Shown: positions 38,391-52,529 of the stretch, one piece after another
How positions within the stretch are numbered: position 1 is the stretch's first letter
How the letters are laid out: each line of letters begins with the position of its first letter
Assembly: GCA_964016885.1 (NCBI GenBank)
Contig: OZ024754.1
Coordinates: 24,862,001 to 24,926,000 of the forward strand
Direction: 5' to 3'
DNA: 64,000 nt
DNA from: Eledone cirrhosa
Taxonomy: Eukaryota
Notes under the pieces: generated by a model
The model's input: the letters and a program-made list of their open reading frames with translations, nothing else
The model's database searches: none
Told to the model about the DNA's origin: nothing
Translations under genes and position numbers: made by a program

Positions 38391-41300
38391 GATAGTACTT
38401 TGGTGTTGAAGTGATAGTACTTTGGTGTTGAAGTGATAGTACTTTGGTGTTGAAGTGATAGTACTTTGGTGTTGAAGTGATAGTGCTTTGGTGTTGAAGT
38501 AATAGTACTTTGGTGTTGAAGTTATAGAACTTTGGTGTTGAAGTGATAGTACTTTGGTGTTGAAGTGGTAGTACTTTGGTGTTGAAGTGGTAGTAATTTG
38601 GTGTTGAAGTGATAGTACTTTGGTGTTGAAGTGATAGTACTATGGTGTTGAAGTGATAATACTTTGGTATTCAAGTGATAGTACTTTGGTGTTGAAGTGG
38701 TAGTACTTTGGTGTTGAAGTTGTAGTACTTTGGTGTTGAAGTGGTAGTACTTTGGTGTTGAAGTGGTAGTAATTTGGTGTTGAAGTGATAGTACTTTGGT
38801 GTTGAAGTGGTAGTACTTTGGTGTTGAAGTGGTAGTACTTTGGTGTCGAAGTGATAGTAATTTGGTGTTGAAGTGATAGTACTTTGGTTTTGAAGTGGTA
38901 GTACTTTGGTGTTGAAGTGATAGTGCTTTGGTGTTGAAGTATTAGTACTTTGGTGTTGAAGTGATAGTACTTTGGTATTCAAGCGGTAGTACTTTGGTGT
39001 TGAAGTGATATTACTTTGGTGTTGAAGTGATAGTACTTTGGTGCTGAAGTGTTAATACTTTGGTGTTGAAGTCGTAGTACTTTGGTGTTGAAGTGGTAGT
39101 ACTTTGGTGTTGAAGTGATAGTACTTTGGTGTTGAAGTGATAGTACTTTGGTGTTGAAGTGATAGTACTTTGGTGTTGAAGTGATAGTGCTTTGGTGTTG
39201 AAGTATTAGTACTTTGGTGTTGAAGTGATAGAACTTTGGTGTTGAAGTGGTAGTACTTTGGTGTTGAAGTGATAGTACTTTGGTGTTGAAGTGGTAGTAC
39301 TTTGGTGTTGAAGTGGTAGTAATTTGGTGTTGAAGTGATAGTACTTTGGTGCTGAAGTGGTAGTACTTTGGTGTTGAAGTGATAGTACTTTGGTATTCAA
39401 GCGGTAGTACTTTGGTTTTGAAGTGATAGTACTTTGGTGTTGAAGTGATAGTACTTTGGTGTTGAAGTGATAGTACTTTGGTGTTGAAGTGGTAGTACTT
39501 TGGTGTTGATGTGGTAGTACTTTGGTGTTGAAGTGATAGTACTTTGGTGTTGAAGTGGTAGTAATTTGGTATTCAAGTGATAGTACTTTGGTGTTGAAGT
39601 GGTAGTACTTTGGTGTTGATGTGGTAGTACTTTGGTGTTGAAGTGATAGTACTTTGGTGTTGAAGTGGTAGTAATTTGGTATTCAAGTGATAGTACTTTG
39701 GTGTTGATGTGGTAGTACTTTGGTGTTGAAGTGATAGTACTTTGGTGTTGAAGTGATAATACTTTGGTGTTGAAGTGGTAGTACTTTGGTGTTGATGTGG
39801 TAGTACTTTGGTGTTGAAGTGATAGTACTTTGGTGTTGAAGTGGTAGTAATTTGGTATTCAAGTGATAGTACTTTGGTGTTGAAGTGGTAGTACTTTGGT
39901 GTTGAAGTGGTAGTACTTTGGTGTTGAAGTGGAAGTACTTTGGTGTTGAAGTGGTAGTAATTTGGTGTTGAAGTGATAGTACTTTGGTGTTGAAGTGGTA
40001 GTAGTTTGGTGTTGAAGTGGTAGTACTTTGGTGTTGAAGTGATAGTACTTTGGTGTTGAAGTGGTAGTACTTTGGTGTTGAAGTGGTAGTAATTTGGTGT
40101 TGAAGTGATAGTACTTTGGTGCTGAAGTGGTAGTACTTTGGTGTTGAAGTGATAGTACTTTGGTATTCAAGCGGTAGTACTTTGGTGTTGAAGTGATAGT
40201 ACTTTGGTGTTGAAGTGGTAGTACTTTGGTGTTGAAGTGATAATACTTTGGTGTTGAAGTGGTAGTACTTTGGTGTTGAAGTGATAGTACTTTGGTGCTG
40301 AAGTGTTAATACTTTGGTGTTGAAGTCGTAGTACTTTGGTGTTGAAGTGGTAGTACTTTGGTGTTGAAGTGATAGTACTTTGGTGTTGAAGTGATAGTAC
40401 TTTGGTGTTGAAGTGATAGTACTTTGGTGTTGAAGTGATAGTACTTTGGTGTTGAAGTGATAGTGCTTTGGTGTTGAAGTATTAGTACTTTGGTGTTGAA
40501 GTGATAGTGCTTTGGTGTTGAAGTATTAGTACTTTGGTGTTGAAGTGATAGAACTTTGGTGTTGAAGTGGTAGTACTTTGGTGTTGAAGTGATAGTACTT
40601 TGGTGTTGAAGTGGTAGTACTTTGGTGTTGAAGTGGTAGTAATTTGGTGTTGAAGTGATAGTACTTTGGTGTTGAAGTGGTAGTACTTTGGTATTCAAGT
40701 GGTAGTACTTTGGTGTTGAAGTGATAGTACTTTGGTGTTGAAGTGGTAGTACTTTGGTGTTGAAGTGGTAGTACTTTGGTGTTGAAGTGATAGTAATTTG
40801 GTGTTGAAGTGGTAGTACTTTGGTGTTGAAGTGGTAGTACTTTGGTGTTGAAGTGGTAGTACTTTGGTGTTGAAGTGATAGTACTTTGGTGTTGAAGTGG
40901 TAGTACTTTGGTGTTGAAGTGATAGTACTTTGGTGTTGAAGTGATAATACTTTGGTGTTGATGTGGTAGTACTTTGGTGTTGATGTGGTAGTACTTTGGT
41001 GTTGAAGTGATAGTACTTTGGTGTTGAAGTGGTAGTACTTTGATGTTGATGTGGTAGTACTTTGGTGTTGAAGTGATAGTACTTTGGTGTTGAAGTGATA
41101 GTACTTTGGTGTTGAAGTGGTAGTACTTTGGTGTTGAAGTGATAGTACTTTGGTGTTGAAGTGGTAGTACTTTGGTGTTGAAGTGATAGTACTTTGGTGT
41201 TGAAGTGATAATACTTTGGTGTTGAAGTGGTAGTAATTTGGTGTTGAAGTGATAGTACTTTGGTGTTGAAGTGGTAGTACTTTGGTGTTGAAGTGGTAGT

Positions 41301-44300
41301 ACTTTGGTGTTGAAGTGGAAGTACTTTGGTGTTGAAGTGGTAGTAATTTGGTGTTGAAGTGATAGTACTTTGGTGTTGAAGTGGTAGTACTTTGGTGTTG
41401 AAGTGGTAGTACTTTGGTGTTGAAGTGGAAGTACTTTGGTGTTGAAGTGGTAGTAATTTGGTGTTGAAGTGATAGTACTTTGGTGTTGAAGTGGTAGTAC
41501 TTTGGTGTTGAAGTGGTAGTACTTTGGTGTTGAAGTGGTAGTACTTTGGTGTTGAAGTGGTAGTACTTTGGTGTTGAAGTGGTAGTACTTTGGTGTTGAA
41601 GTGGTAGTACTTTGGTGTTGAAGTGGTAGTACTTTGGTGTTGAAGTGGTAGTACTTTGGTGTTGAAGTGATAGTACTTTGGTGTTGAAGTGGTAGTACTT
41701 TGGTGTTGAAGTGATAGTACTTTGGTGTTGATGTGGTAGTACTTTGGTGTTGAAGTGGTAGTACTTTGGTGTTGAAGTGGAAGTTCTTTGGTGTTGAAGT
41801 GGTAGTAATTTGGTGTTGAAGTGATAGTACTTTGGTGTTGAAGTGGTAGTACTTTGGTGTTGATGTGGTAGTACTTTGGTGTTGAAGTGATAGTACTTTG
41901 GTGTTGATGTGGTAGTACTTTGGTGTTGAAGTGGTAGTACTTTGGTGTTGAAGTGGTAGTACTTTGGTGTTGAAGTGATAGTACTTTGGTGTTGATGTGG
42001 TAGTACCTTGGTGTTGAAGTGGTAGTACTTTGGTGTTGAAGTGGAAGTACTTTGGTGTTGAAGTGGTAGTAATTTGGTGTTGAAGTGATAGTACTTTGGT
42101 GTTGAAGTGGTAGTACTTTGGTGTTGATGTGGTAGTACTTTGGTGTTGAAGTGATAATACTTTGGTGTTGAAGTGGTAGTAATTTGGTGTTGAAGTGATA
42201 GTACTTTGGTGTTGAAGTGGTAGTACTTTGGTGTTGAAGTGGTAGTACTTTGGTGTTGAAGTGGAAGTACTTTGGTGTTGAAGTGGTAGTAATTTGGTGT
42301 TGAAGTGATAGTACTTTGGTGTTGAAGTGGTAGTAGTTTGGTGTTGAAGTGGTAGTACTTTGGTGTTGAAGTGGTAGTACTTTGGTGTTGAAGTGGTAGT
42401 ACTTTGGTGTTGGAGTGGTAGTACTTTGGTTTTGAAGTGATAGTACTTTGGTCTTGAAGTGATAGTACTTTGGTGCTGAAGTGTTAGTACTTTGGTGTTG
42501 AAGTGGTAGTAATTTGGTGTTGAAGTGATAGAACTTTGGTGCTGAAGTGATAGTACTTTGGTGTTGAAGTGGTAGTACTTTGGTGTTGAAGTGGTAGTAA
42601 TTTGGTGTTGAAGTGATAGTACTTTGGTGTTGAAGTGGTAGTACTTTGGTGTTGAAGTGATAGTACTTTGGTACTGAAGTGGTAGTACTTTGGTGTTGAA
42701 GTGATAGTACTTTGGTGTTGAAGTGATAGTACTTTGGTGTTGAAGTGGTAGTAATTTGGTGTTGAAGTGATAGTACTTTGGTGTTGAAGTGGTAGTACTT
42801 TGGTGTTGAAGTGGTAGTACTTTGGTGTTGAAGTGGTAGTACTTTGGTGTTGAAGTGGTAGTACTTTGGTGTTGAAGTGGTAGTACTTTGGTGTTGAAGT
42901 GATAGTACTTTGGTACTGAAGTGGTAGTACTTTGGTGTTGAAGTGGTAGTACTTTGGTGTTGAAGTGGTAGTACTTTGGTGTTGAAGTGATAGTACTTTG
43001 GTACTGAAGTGGTAGTACTTTGGTGTTGAAGTGGTAGTACTTTGGTGTTGAAGTGGTAGTAATTTGGTGTTGAAGTGATAGTACTTTGGTGTTGAAGTGG
43101 TAGTACTTTGGTGTTGAAGTGATAGTACTTTGGTACTGAAGTGGTAGTACTTTGGTGTTGAAGTGATAGTACTTTGGTGTTGAAGTGATAGTACTTTGGT
43201 GTTGAAGTGGTAGTAATTTGGTGTTGAAGTGATAGTACTTTGGTGTTGAAGTGGTAGTACTTTGGTGTTGAAGTGGTAGTACTTTGGTGTTGAAGTGGAA
43301 GTACTTTGGTGTTGAAGTGGTAGTAATTTGGTGTTGAAGTGATAGTACTTTGGTGTTGAAGTGATAGTACTATGGTGTTGAAGTGATAGTACTTTGGTGT
43401 TGAAGTGATAGTACTTTGGTGTTGAAGTGATAGTACTTTGGTATTCAAGTGATAGTACTTTGGTGTTGAAGTGGTAGTACTTTGGTGTTGAAGTGGTAGT
43501 ACTTTGGTGTTGAAGTGGTAGTACTTTGGTGTTGAAGTGGTAGTAATTTGGTGTTGAAGTGATAGTACTTTGGTGTTGAAGTGGAAGTACTTTGGTGTTG
43601 AAGTGGTAGTAATTTGGTGTTGAAGTGATAGTACTTTGGTGTTGAAGTGGTAGTACTTTGGTGTTGAAGTGGTAGTACTTTGGTGTTGAAGTGATAGTAC
43701 TTTGGTGTTGAAGTGGTAGTACTTTGGTGTTGAAGTGGTAGTACTTTGGTGTTGAAGTGGTAGTACTTTGGTGTTGAAGTGGTAGTACTTTGGTGTTGAA
43801 GTGATAGTACTTTGGTGTTGAAGTGGTAGTAGTTTGGTGTTGAAGTCGTAGTACTTTGGTGTTGAAGTGATAGTACTTTGGTGTTGAAGTGATAGTACTT
43901 TGGTGTTGAAGTGGTAGTACTTTGGTGTTGAAGTGGTAGTACTTTGGTGTTGAAGTGATAGTACTTTGGTGTTGAAGTGGTAGTACTTTGGTGTTGAAGT
44001 GGTAGTAATTTGGTGTTGAAGTGATAGTACTTTGGTGCTGAAGTGGTAGTACTTTGGTGTTGAAGTGATAGTACTTTGGTATTCAAGTGGTAGTACTTTG
44101 GTGTTGAAGTGGTAGTACTTTGGTGTTGAAGTGGTAGTACTTTGGTGTTGAAGTGATAGTACTTTGGTGTTGAAGTGGTAGTACTTTGGTGTTGAAGTGA
44201 TAGTACTTTGGTGTTGAAGTGGTAGTACTTTGGTGTTGAAGTGATAGTACTTTGGTGTTGAAGTGATAGTACTTTGGTGTTGAAGTGATAGTACTTTGGT

Positions 44301-44639
44301 GTTGAGGTGATAGTACTTTGGTGTTGAAGTGATAGTACTTTGGTGTTGAAGTGATAGTACTTTGGTGTTGAAGTGATAGTACTTTGGTGTTGAAGTGGTA
44401 GTACTTTGGTGTTGAAGTGGTAGTACTTTGGTGTTGAAGTGATAGTACATTGGTGTTGAAGTGGTAGTACTTTGGTGTTGAAGTGGTAGTACTTTGGTGT
44501 TGAAGTGATAGTACTTTGGTGTTGAAGTGATAGTACTTTGGTGTTGAAGTGATAGTACTTTGGTGTTGAAGTGATAGTACTTTGGTGTTGAAGTGATAGT
44601 ACTTTGGTGTTGAAGTGGTAGTACTTTGGTGTTGAAGTG

Positions 44640-45000
44640 GTAGTACTTTGGTGTTGAAGTGATAGTACTTTGGTGTTGAAGTGGTAGTAATTTGGTGTTG
44701 AAGTGATAGTACATTGGTGTTGAAGTGGTAGTACTTTGGTGTTGAAGTGATAGTACTTTGGTGTTGAAGTGATAGTACTTTGGTGTTGAAGTGATAGTAC
44801 TTTGGTGTTGAAGTGGTAGTAATTTGGTGTTGAAGTGATAGTACATTGGTGTTGAAGTGGTAGTACTTTGGTGTTGAAGTGATAGTACTTTGGTGTTGAA
44901 GTGATAGTACTTTGGTGTTGAAGTGATAGTACTTTGGTGTTGAAGTGGTAGTAATTTGGTGTTGAAGTGATAGTACATTGGTGTTGAAGTGGTAGTACTT
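44640..45000. repeat. 6-monomer (132-bp) higher-order repeat x3
   Basis: ACATTGG variant preceded by the AATTT variant at 44711, 44843 and 44975. Confidence 0.8.
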
Positions 45001-48000
45001 TGGTGTTGAAGTGGTAGTACTTTGGTGTTGAAGTGGAAGTACTTTGGTGTTGAAGTGATAGTACTTTGGTGTTGAAGTGATAGTACTTTGGTGTTGAAGT
45101 GGAAGTACTTTGGTGTTGAAGTGATAGTACTTTGGTGTTGAAGTGATAGTACTTTGGTGTTGAAGTGGAAGTACTTTGGTGTTGAAGTGGTAGTACTTTG
45201 GTGTTGAAGTGACAGTACTTTGGTGTTGAAGTGATAGTACTTTGGTGTTGAAGTGGTAGTAATTTGGTGTTGAAGTGATAGTACATTGGTGTTGAAGTGG
45301 TAGTACTTTGGTGTTGAAGTGGTAGTACTTTGGTGTTGAAGTGGTAGTACTTTGGTGTTGAAGTGGAAGTACTTTGGTGTTGAAGTGATAGTACTTTGGT
45401 GTTGAAGTGATAGTACTTTGGTGTTGAAGTGGTAGTAATTTGGTGTTGAAGTGATAGTACATTGGTGTTGAAGTGGTAGTACTTTGGTGTTGAAGTGGTA
45501 GTACTTTGGTGTTGAAGTGGTAGTACTTTGGTGTTGAAGTGGTAGTAATTTGGTGTTGAAGTGATAGTACATTGGTGTTGAAGTGATAGTACTTTGGTGT
45601 TGAAGTGGTAGTACTTTGGTGTTGAAGTGGTAGTACTTTGGTGTTGAAGTGGTAGTAATTTGGTGTTGAAGTGATAGTACTTTGGTGTTGAAGTGATAGT
45701 ACTTTGGTGTTGAAGTGGTAGTACTTTGGTGTTGAAGTGGTAGTACTTTGGTGTTGAAGTGGTAGTACTTTGGTGTTGAAGTGGTAGTACTTTGGTGTTG
45801 AAGTGGTAGTACTTTGGTGTTGAAGTGATAGTAATTTGGTGTTGAAGTGATAGTACTTTGGTGCTGAAGTGTTAGTACTTTGGTGTTGAAGTCGTAGTAC
45901 TTTGGTGTTGAAGTGGTAGTACTTTGGTGTTGAAGTGATAGTACTTTGGTGTTGAAGTGATAGTACTTTGGTGTTGAAGTGATAGTACTTTGGTGTTGAA
46001 GTGATAGTACTTTGGTGTTGAAGTGATAGTGCTTTGGTGTTGAAGTAATAGTACTTTGGTGTTGAAGTGATAGAACTTTGGTGTTGAAGTGGTAGTACTT
46101 TGGTGTTGAAGTGATAGTACTTTGGTGTTGAAGTGGTAGTACTTTGGTGTTGAAGTGGTAGTAATTTGGTGTTGAAGTGATAGTACTTTGGTGTTGAAGT
46201 GGTAGTACTTTGGTGTTGAAGTGATAGTACTTTGGTATTCAAGTGGTAGTACTTTGGTGTTGAAGTGATAGTACTTTGGTGTTGAAGTGATAGTACTTTG
46301 GTGTTGAAGTGATAGTACTTTGGTGTTGAAGTGGTAGTACTTTGGTGTTGATGTGGTAGTACTTTGGTGTTGAAGTGATAGTACTTTGGTGTTGAAGTGA
46401 TAATACTTTGGTATTCAAGTGGTAGTACTTTGGTGTTGAAGTGGTAGTAATTTGGTGTTGAAGTGATAGTACTTTGGTGCTGAAGTGATAGTACTTTGGT
46501 GTTGATGTGGTAGTTATTTGGTGTTGAAGTGATAGTACTTTGGTGTTGAAGTGGTAGTAATTTGGTGTTGAAGTGATAGTACTTTGGTGTTGAAGTGGTA
46601 GTAGTTTGGTTTTGAAGTGGTAGTACTTTGGTGTTGAAGTGATAGTACTTTGGTGTTGAAGTGGTAGTAATTTGGTGTTGAAGTGATAGTACTTTGGTGT
46701 TGAAGTGGTAGTACTTTGGTGTTGAAGTGATAGTACTTTAGTGCTGAAGTGTTAGTACTTTGGTGTTGAAGTCGTAGTACTTTGGTGTTGAAGTGGTAGT
46801 ACTTTGGTGTTGAAGTGATAGTACTTTGGTGTTGAAGTGATAGTACTTTGGTGTTGAGGTGATAGTACTTTGGTGTTGAAGTGGTAGTACTTTGGTGTTG
46901 AAGTGGTAGTAATTTGGTGTTGAAGTGATAGTACTTTGGTGTTGAAGTGGTAGTACTTTGGTGTTGAAGTGATAGTACTTTAGTGCTGAAGTGTTAGTAC
47001 TTTGGTGTTGAAGTCGTAGTACTTTGGTGTTGAAGTGGTAGTACTTTGGTGTTGAAGTGATAGTACTTTGGTGTTGAAGTGATAGTACTTTGGTGTTGAG
47101 GTGATAGTACTTTGGTGTTGAAGTGATAGTACTTTGGTGTTGAAGTGATAGTACTTTGGTGTTGAAGTGGTAGTACTTTGGTGTTGAAGTGATAGTGCTT
47201 TGGTGTTGAAGTAATAGTACTTTGGTGTTGAAGTGATAGAACTTTGGTGTTGAAGTGGTAGTACTTTGGTGTTGAAGTGATAGTACTTTGGTTTTGAAGT
47301 GGTAGTACTTTGGTGTTGAAGTGGTAGTAATTTGGTGTTGAAGTGATAGTACTTTGGTGCTGAAGTGGTAGTACTTTGGTGTTGAAGTGATAGTACTTTG
47401 GTGTTGAAGTGATAGTACTTTGGTGTTGAAGTGATAGTACTTTGGTGTTGAAGTGATAGTACTTTGGTGTTGAAGTGATAGTACTTTGGTGTTGAAGTGA
47501 TAGTGCTTTGGTGTTGAAGTAATAGTACTTTGGTGTTGAAGTAATAGAACTTTGGTGTTGAAGTGGTAGTACTTTGGTGTTGAAGTGATAGTACTTTGGT
47601 GTTGAAGTGGTAGTACTTTGGTGTTGAAGTGGTAGTAATTTGGTGTTGAAGTGATAGTACTTTGGTTCTGAAGTGGTAGTACTTTGGTGTTGAAGTGATA
47701 GTACTTTGGTATTCAAGTGGTAGTACTTTGGTGTTGAAGTGATAGTACTTTGGTGTTGAAGTGATAGTACTTTGGTGTTGAAGTGATAGTACTTTGGTGT
47801 TGAAGTGGTAGTACTTTGGTGTTGATGTGGTAGTACTTTGGTGTTGAAGTGATAGTACTTTGGTGTTGAAGTGATAATACTTTGGTATTCAAGTGATAGT
47901 ACTTTGGTGTTGAAGTGGTAGTAATTTGGTGTTGAAGTGGTAGTAATTTAGTGTTGAAGTGATAGTACTTTGGTGTTGAAGTGGTAGTAATTTGGTGTTG

Positions 48001-51000
48001 AAGTGGTAGTAATTTAGTGTTGAAGTGATAGTACTTTGGTGTTGAAGTGGTAGTACTTTGGTGTTGAAGTGGTAGTAAGTTGGTGTTGAAGTGGTAGTAC
48101 TTTGGTGTTGAAGTGATAGTACTTTGGTGTTGAAGTGGTAGTACTTTGGTGTTGAAGTGGTAGTAGTTTGGTGTTGAAGTGGTAGTACTTTGGTGTTGAA
48201 GTGGTAGTAGTTTGGTATTCAAGTGATAGTACTTTGGTGTTGAAGTGATAGTACTTTGGTGTTGAAGTGATAATACTTTGGTATTCAAGTGATAGTACTT
48301 TGGTGTTGAAGTGGTAGTACTTTGGTGTTGAAGTGGTAGTAATTTGGTGTTGAAGTGGTAGTACTTTGGTGTTGAAGTGGTAGTAATTTGGTGTTGAAGT
48401 GGTAGTAATTTGGTGTTGAAGAGGTAGTAATTTGGTGTTGAAGTGGTAGTAATTTGGTGTTGAAGTAATAGTACTTTGGTGTTGAAGTGGTAGTACTTTG
48501 GTGTTGAAGTGGTAGTACTTTGGTGTTGAAGTGGTAGTAATTTGGTGTTGAAGTGGTAGTACTTTGGTGTTGAAGTGGTAGTAATTTGGTGTTGAAGTGG
48601 TAGTAATTTGGTGTTGAAGTAATAGTACTTTGGTGTTGAAGTGGTAGTACTTTGGTGTTGAAGTGGTAGTACTTTGGTGTTGAAGTGATAGTACTTTGGT
48701 GTTGAAGTGGTAGTACTTTGGTATTCAAGTGATAGTACTTTGGTGTTGAAGTGGTAGTACTTTGGTGTTGAAGTGATAATACTTTGGTATTCAAGTGATA
48801 GTACTTTGGTGTTGAAGTGGTAGTAATTTGGTGTTGAAGTGGTAGTAATTTGGTGTTGAAGTAATAGTACTTTGGTGTTGAAGTGGTAGTACTTTGGTGT
48901 TGAAGTGGTAGTACTTTGGTGTTGAAGTGATAGTACTTTGGTGTTGAAGTGGTAGTACTTTGGTATTCAAGTGATAGTACTTTGGTGTTGAAGTGGTAGT
49001 AAGTTGGTGTTGAAGTGGTAGTACTTTGGTGTTGAAGTGATAGTACTTTGGTGTTGAAGTGGTAGTACTTTGGTATTCAAGTGATAGTACTTTGGTGTTG
49101 AAGTGGTAGTACTTTGGTGTTGAAGTGGTAGTAATTTGGTGTTGAAGTGATAGTACTTTGGTGTTGAAGTGGTAGTACTTTGGTGTTGAAGTGGTAGTAA
49201 TTTGGTGTTGAAGTGATAGTACATTGGTGTTGAAGTGGTAGTACTTTGGTGTTGAAGTGGTAGTACTTTGGTGTTGAAGTGGTAGTACTTTGGTGTTGAA
49301 GTGGTAGTAATTTGGTGTTGAAGTGATAGTACTTTGGTGTTGAAGTGATAGTACTTTGGTGTTGAAGTGGTAGTACTTTGGTGTTGAAGTGATAGTAATT
49401 TGGTGTTGAAGTGATAGTACTTTGGTGCTGAAGTGTTAGTACTTTGGTGTTGAAGTCGTAGTACTTTGGTGTTGAAGTGGTAGTACTTTGGTGTTGAAGT
49501 GATAGTACTTTGGTGTTGAAGTAATAGTACTTTGGTGTTGAAGTGGTAGTACTTTGGTGTTGAAGTGATAGTAATTTGGTGTTGAAGTGATAGTACTTTG
49601 GTGCTGAAGTGTTAGTACTTTGGTGTTGAAGTCGTAGTACTTTGGTGTTGAAGTGGTAGTACTTTGGTGTTGAAGTGATAGTACTTTGGTGTTGAAGTGA
49701 TAGTACTTTGGTGTTGAAGTGATAGTACTTTGGTGTTGAAGTGATAGTACTTTGGTGTTGAAGTGATAGTGCTTTGGTGTTGAAGTAATAGTACTTTGGT
49801 GTTGAAGTGATAGAACTTTGGTGTTGAAGTGGTAGTACTTTGGTGTTGAAGTGATAGTACTTTGGTGTTGAAGTGGTAGTACTTTGGTGTTGAAGTGGTA
49901 GTAATTTGGTGTTGAAGTGATAGTACTTTGGTGTTGAAGTGGTAGTACTTTGGTGTTGAAGTGATAGTACTTTGGTATTCAAGTGGTAGTACTTTGGTGT
50001 TGAAGTGATAGTACTTTGGTGTTGAAGTGATAGTACTTTGGTGTTGAAGTGATAGTACTTTGGTGTTGAAGTGGTAGTACTTTGGTGTTGATGTGGTAGT
50101 ACTTTGGTGTTGAAGTGATAGTACTTTGGTGTTGAAGTGATAATACTTTGGTATTCAAGTGGTAGTACTTTGGTGTTGAAGTGGTAGTAATTTGGTGTTG
50201 AAGTGATAGTACTTTGGTGCTGAAGTGATAGTACTTTGGTGTTGATGTGGTAGTAATTTGGTGTTGAAGTGATAGTACTTTGGTGTTGAAGTGGTAGTAC
50301 TTTGGTGTTGAAGTGATAGTACTTTAGTGCTGAAGTGTTAGTACTTTGGTGTTGAAGTGGTAGTAGTTTGGTTTTGAAGTGGTAGTACTTTGGTGTTGAA
50401 GTGATAGTACTTTGGTGTTGAAGTGGTAGTAATTTGGTGTTGAAGTGATAGTACTTTGGTGTTGAAGTGGTAGTACTTTGGTGTTGAAGTGGTAGTAGTT
50501 TGGTTTTGAAGTGGTAGTACTTTGGTGTTGAAGTGATAGTACTTTGGTGTTGAAGTGGTAGTAATTTGGTGTTGAAGTGATAGTACTTTGGTGTTGAAGT
50601 GGTAGTACTTTGGTGTTGAAGTGATAGTACTTTGGTGTTGAAGTGGTAGTAATTTGGTGTTGAAGTGATAGTACTTTGGTGTTGAAGTGGTAGTACTTTG
50701 GTGTTGAAGTGATAGTACTTTAGTGCTGAAGTGTTAGTACTTTGGTGTTGAAGTCGTAGTACTTTGGTGTTGAAGTGGTAGTACTTTGGTGTTGAAGTGA
50801 TAGTACTTTGGTGTTGAAGTGATAGTACTTTGGTGTTGAGGTGATAGTACTTTGGTGTTGAAGTGGTAGTACTTTGGTGTTGAAGTGGTAGTAATTTGGT
50901 GTTGAAGTGATAGTACTTTGGTGTTGAAGTGGTAGTACTTTGGTGTTGAAGTGATAGTACTTTAGTGCTGAAGTGTTAGTACTTTGGTGTTGAAGTCGTA

Positions 51001-52529
51001 GTACTTTGGTGTTGAAGTGATAGTACTTTGGTGTTGAAGTGGTAGTACTTTGGTGTTGAAGTGGTAGTACTTTGGTGTTGAAGTGATAGTACTTTAGTGC
51101 TGAAGTGTTAGTACTTTGGTGTTGAAGTCGTAGTACTTTGGTGTTGAAGTGATAGTACTTTGGTGTTGAAGTGATAGTACTTTGGTGTTGAGGTGATAGT
51201 ACTTTGGTGTTGAAGTGATAGTACTTTGGTGTTGAAGTGATAGTACTTTGGTGTTGAAGTGGTAGTACTTTGGTGTTGAAGTGATAGTGCTTTGGTGTTG
51301 AAGTAATAGTACTTTGGTGTTGAAGTGGTAGTACTTTGGTGTTGAAGTGATAGTACTTTGGTGTTGAAGTGGTAGTACTTTGGTGTTGAAGTGGTAGTAA
51401 TTTGGTGTTGAAGTGATAGTACTTTGGTTCTGAAGTGGTAGTACTTTGGTGTTGAAGTGATAGTACTTTGGTATTCAAGTGGTAGTACTTTGGTGTTGAA
51501 GTGATAGTACTTTGGTGTTGAAGTGATAGTACTTTGGTGTTGAAGTGATAGTACTTTGGTGTTGAAGTGGTAGTACTTTGGTGTTGATGTGGTAGTACTT
51601 TGGTGTTGAAGTGGTAGTACTTTGGTGTTGAAGTGATAATACTTTGGTATTCAAGTGATAGTACTTTGGTGTTGAAGTGGTAGTACTTTGGTGTTGAAGT
51701 GGTAGTAATTTGGTGTTGAAGTGGTAGTAATTTAGTGTTGAAGTGATAGTACTTTGGTGTTGAAGTGGTAGTACTTTGGTGTTGAAGTGGTAGTAAGTTG
51801 GTGTTGAAGTGGTAGTACTTTGGTGTTGAAGTGATAGTAATTTGGTGTTGAAGTGGTAGTACTTTGGTATTCAAGTGATAGTACTTTGGTGTTGAAGTGA
51901 TAGTACTTTGGTGTTGAAGTGATAATACTTTGGTATTCAAGTGATAGTACTTTGGTGTTGAAGTGGTAGTACTTTGGTGTTGAAGTGGTAGTACTTTGGT
52001 GTTGAAGTGGTAGTAATTTGGTGTTGAAGTGGTAGTACTTTGGTGTTGAAGTGGTAGTACTTTGGTGTTGAAGTGGTAGTACTTTGGTGTTGAAGTGGTA
52101 GTACTTTGGTGTTGAAGTGGAAGTACTTTGGTGTTGAAGTGGTAGTACTTTGGTGTTGAAGTGATAGTAGTTTGGTGTTGAAGTGGAAGTACTTTGGTGT
52201 TGAAGTGGTAGTAATTTGGTGTTGAAGTGATAGTAGTTTGGTGTTGAAGTGGAAGTAATTTGGTGTTGAAGTGGTAGTACTTTGGTGTTGAAGTGATAGT
52301 ACTTTGGTGTTGAAGTGGTAGTACTTTGGTGTTGAAGTGGTAGTAATTTGGTGTTGAAGTGGTAGTAATTTGGTGTTGAAGTGATAGTACTTTGGTGTTG
52401 AAGTGGAAGTACTTTGGTGTTGAAGTGGTAGTACTTTGGTGTTGAAGTGGAAGTACTTTGGTGTTGAAGTGGAAGTACTTTGGTGTTGAAGTGGTAGTAA
52501 TTTGGTGTTGAAGTGATAGTACTTTGGTG

